A DNA stretch of 63,200 nucleotides, filler included, from Hyphochytrium catenoides (taxonomy: Eukaryota > Protista > Hyphochytriomycota), in the NCBI GenBank assembly GCA_900088475.1. It is 16 parts of 16 records of this genome, joined end to end, with 100 filler letters (N's around TTAATTAATTAA, not from the genome) between each part and the next. Parts side by side here need not be neighbours in the genome. Positions count along the whole stretch, not along the records: positions 53,719 to 61,952 come from FLMG01003578.1; positions 62,053 to 63,200 come from FLMG01003650.1; 14 more parts are not named here. One strand, 5' to 3'. Below, one piece after another: positions 61,522 to 63,200 of the stretch; position 1 is the stretch's first letter; each line of letters opens with the position of its first letter. Position numbers and translations under genes: made by a program. The notes beneath the pieces were generated by a model. It did no database searches, was not told the DNA's origin, and saw nothing but the letters and a program-made list of their open reading frames with translations.

Positions 61522-63200
61522 TTAGTGGAAGATGCTTGGATCACTGATTTAGTTGTACAAGTAACACCAGGAGCTCTCCATTCCTTCTACATTGTTTTAT
61601 TAGAACTCGAGAACTAGCTCTATCAGTAGTATTTCCTAAAGGAGGTAGGCACACTTTTAAGGGATCTCTCTACTCCTTCACCCACGCATCCTACAGCAGA
61701 GTAGTGAGTGAGGAGTGAGTGTGAGTGAGTGAGTGAGTGGCGAAACATTCAGCGAAGCTTTCCCAACTCTCGAATGCTGCAAGAGTCGCGTGACATGTCA
61801 CCTTCACCTTCAGCTCCTACAGCTAAAAAACAGGATTGTAGGTGATGCGTCTCAGGTAGGTTCCAACACAAATTCGCGTAGAAGCACGCGATGGGTCTCG
61901 GTTTATAGTGATACGTCTCGCGTTACAAATTCGATTTATGTTCATAGAAACCNNNNNNNNNNNNNNNNNNNNNNNNNNNNNNNNNNNNNNNNNNNNTTAA
62001 TTAATTAANNNNNNNNNNNNNNNNNNNNNNNNNNNNNNNNNNNNNNNNNNNNGCCAGAGACAAGGACGAGAAGGCAAGGAAAAGCAGCCATCAACAACCT
62101 TGAACCTTCGCCTTCCTTTCCTCTTCGTTTCTTGGCAGTCGAAGAAGAGAAACAAGAGGCAAAAGAGCAAGAAAGAAGAAAGTGAGATGCCCATCACCCT
62201 CCTTCCTTCCGTGTCTCAGTGACAGATGAAGAAGGGTAATCGAAGAAGAGAAGACATAGTAGTACTAGTAGAAAGCACTTACGTCAGACCAAGAGAAAGA
62301 AGGAGATTGGTAGCAGGAGCGTCAGTTGGCGGTTTGAACACGACATCGTCAGCCGCCTGATGACTCTTCTAGATGAGAAGAAAGGACGATCGGCCATCAC
62401 CGACCACATCGAGACCAAGGAGCCGGAATGACGAGGAAAGGGAGCCATTGCTGCTATATTTAAATGTAACTGGGCACAACTCTCAAGCAAACATGTCAGA
62501 GCAAATGGGAAAAAGTGGGAGAGGCGTAGAGGAGGATAGAAGAAGGATAATACCAGCGAGAGGTGCCAGTGGGGAGTGAAGAGGAGAAGAGATTGATACC
62601 TCTACCACTTCAAGGCCGACCACCACCTCCTTTTCTAATAGAAATCTCTATTGGGCAGCAGCCACCACCGCATCTTTGGCGGCGCCTCGTCCACACCCGT
62701 GCCAGCTTTGGGGACAGCCATCGTGGTAGTACGCGTCAAGAGCGTTACGTTCATCGCAGCAGCAGGAGAAACAGGAAGGGCAGTCAACAGGAGCTGCTGC
62801 TATTATGAAACAAAGAAGCAAGGAGAGGCGGGACGAAGAAGGACATAGGATTGGCGATTAGCTAACATCGAGGAGGCAGTCATGGCATTCAGCGTCACCC
62901 GCCAGACGCGCTATGGCAGGGCTTCAAAATGGCGTCTGAAGAATCAAAACAATCTGCAAACAATGACAGTGTCATGGCTTTTCTTATCTGCTATCCGGAA
63001 CTCTATTTATTAGCTGGTTGTCACGCTCTGCTAGGAGGTTGTTGTCCGAACCGCGTGCATGTAGACCTAATATCTTCCGGAGATCTAATGCTTAGATGAA
63101 GCTATTTTGGCTCTCCGCTGAGCGGGGTCTGCTGTTATGATATGATGGCCTTCTTCTTGATCAATGAGAATAGATCTGAAGTGAATGAGAGGAGTATGGT

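Noticed and set aside
5447-62008. TTAATTAATTAA repeated 15 times as a CRISPR-like or regulatory repeat
   Set aside because: Always centred in exactly 44+44 Ns; it is a six-frame-stop assembly linker.
1-63200. Functional gene clustering (e.g. MntH beside the EF-hand kinase, transposase beside the ankyrin gene)
   Set aside because: These neighbours lie on different scaffolds separated by artificial spacers.

Overview
Eukaryotic nuclear DNA. It looks protist-like and is possibly stramenopile, which is inference only. It is not one locus: 16 short scaffolds are joined by 15 artificial 100-bp spacers (44 N + TTAATTAATTAA + 44 N), so adjacency across spacers means nothing. Most introns and intergenic DNA carry (CT)n/(GA)n microsatellites, which produce most of the spurious SLSL/ERER ORFs in the track. 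I spliced the following genes by hand with phase-consistent junctions: the 3' half of the PP2A scaffold A subunit; a complete 12-exon, 442-aa chromodomain + 6-TM membrane protein ending in KKxx (best candidate for an undescribed system, an LBR-like chromatin-to-membrane tether); a complete CISD2/NEET Fe-S protein; a tandem-beta-domain/EF-hand/ankyrin protein; an EF-hand + NMP-kinase-like protein; a TPR + polytopic membrane protein; a 943-aa LRR-pseudokinase with a Roco-type tail; and the 5' end of an amino-acid permease. I also read TAF13, a bacterial-type MntH with a frameshift, an orphan 725-aa membrane protein, and first exons of a GPCR-like protein and a CbiA/BioD-type P-loop enzyme. Mobile DNA: a P-element-like transposase ORF, a Copia RT fragment, probable CRE-like non-LTR remnants and Helitron/Helentron-like termini. 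No rRNA, convincing tRNA or CRISPR array was found. All family calls come from motif recognition, not database searches.
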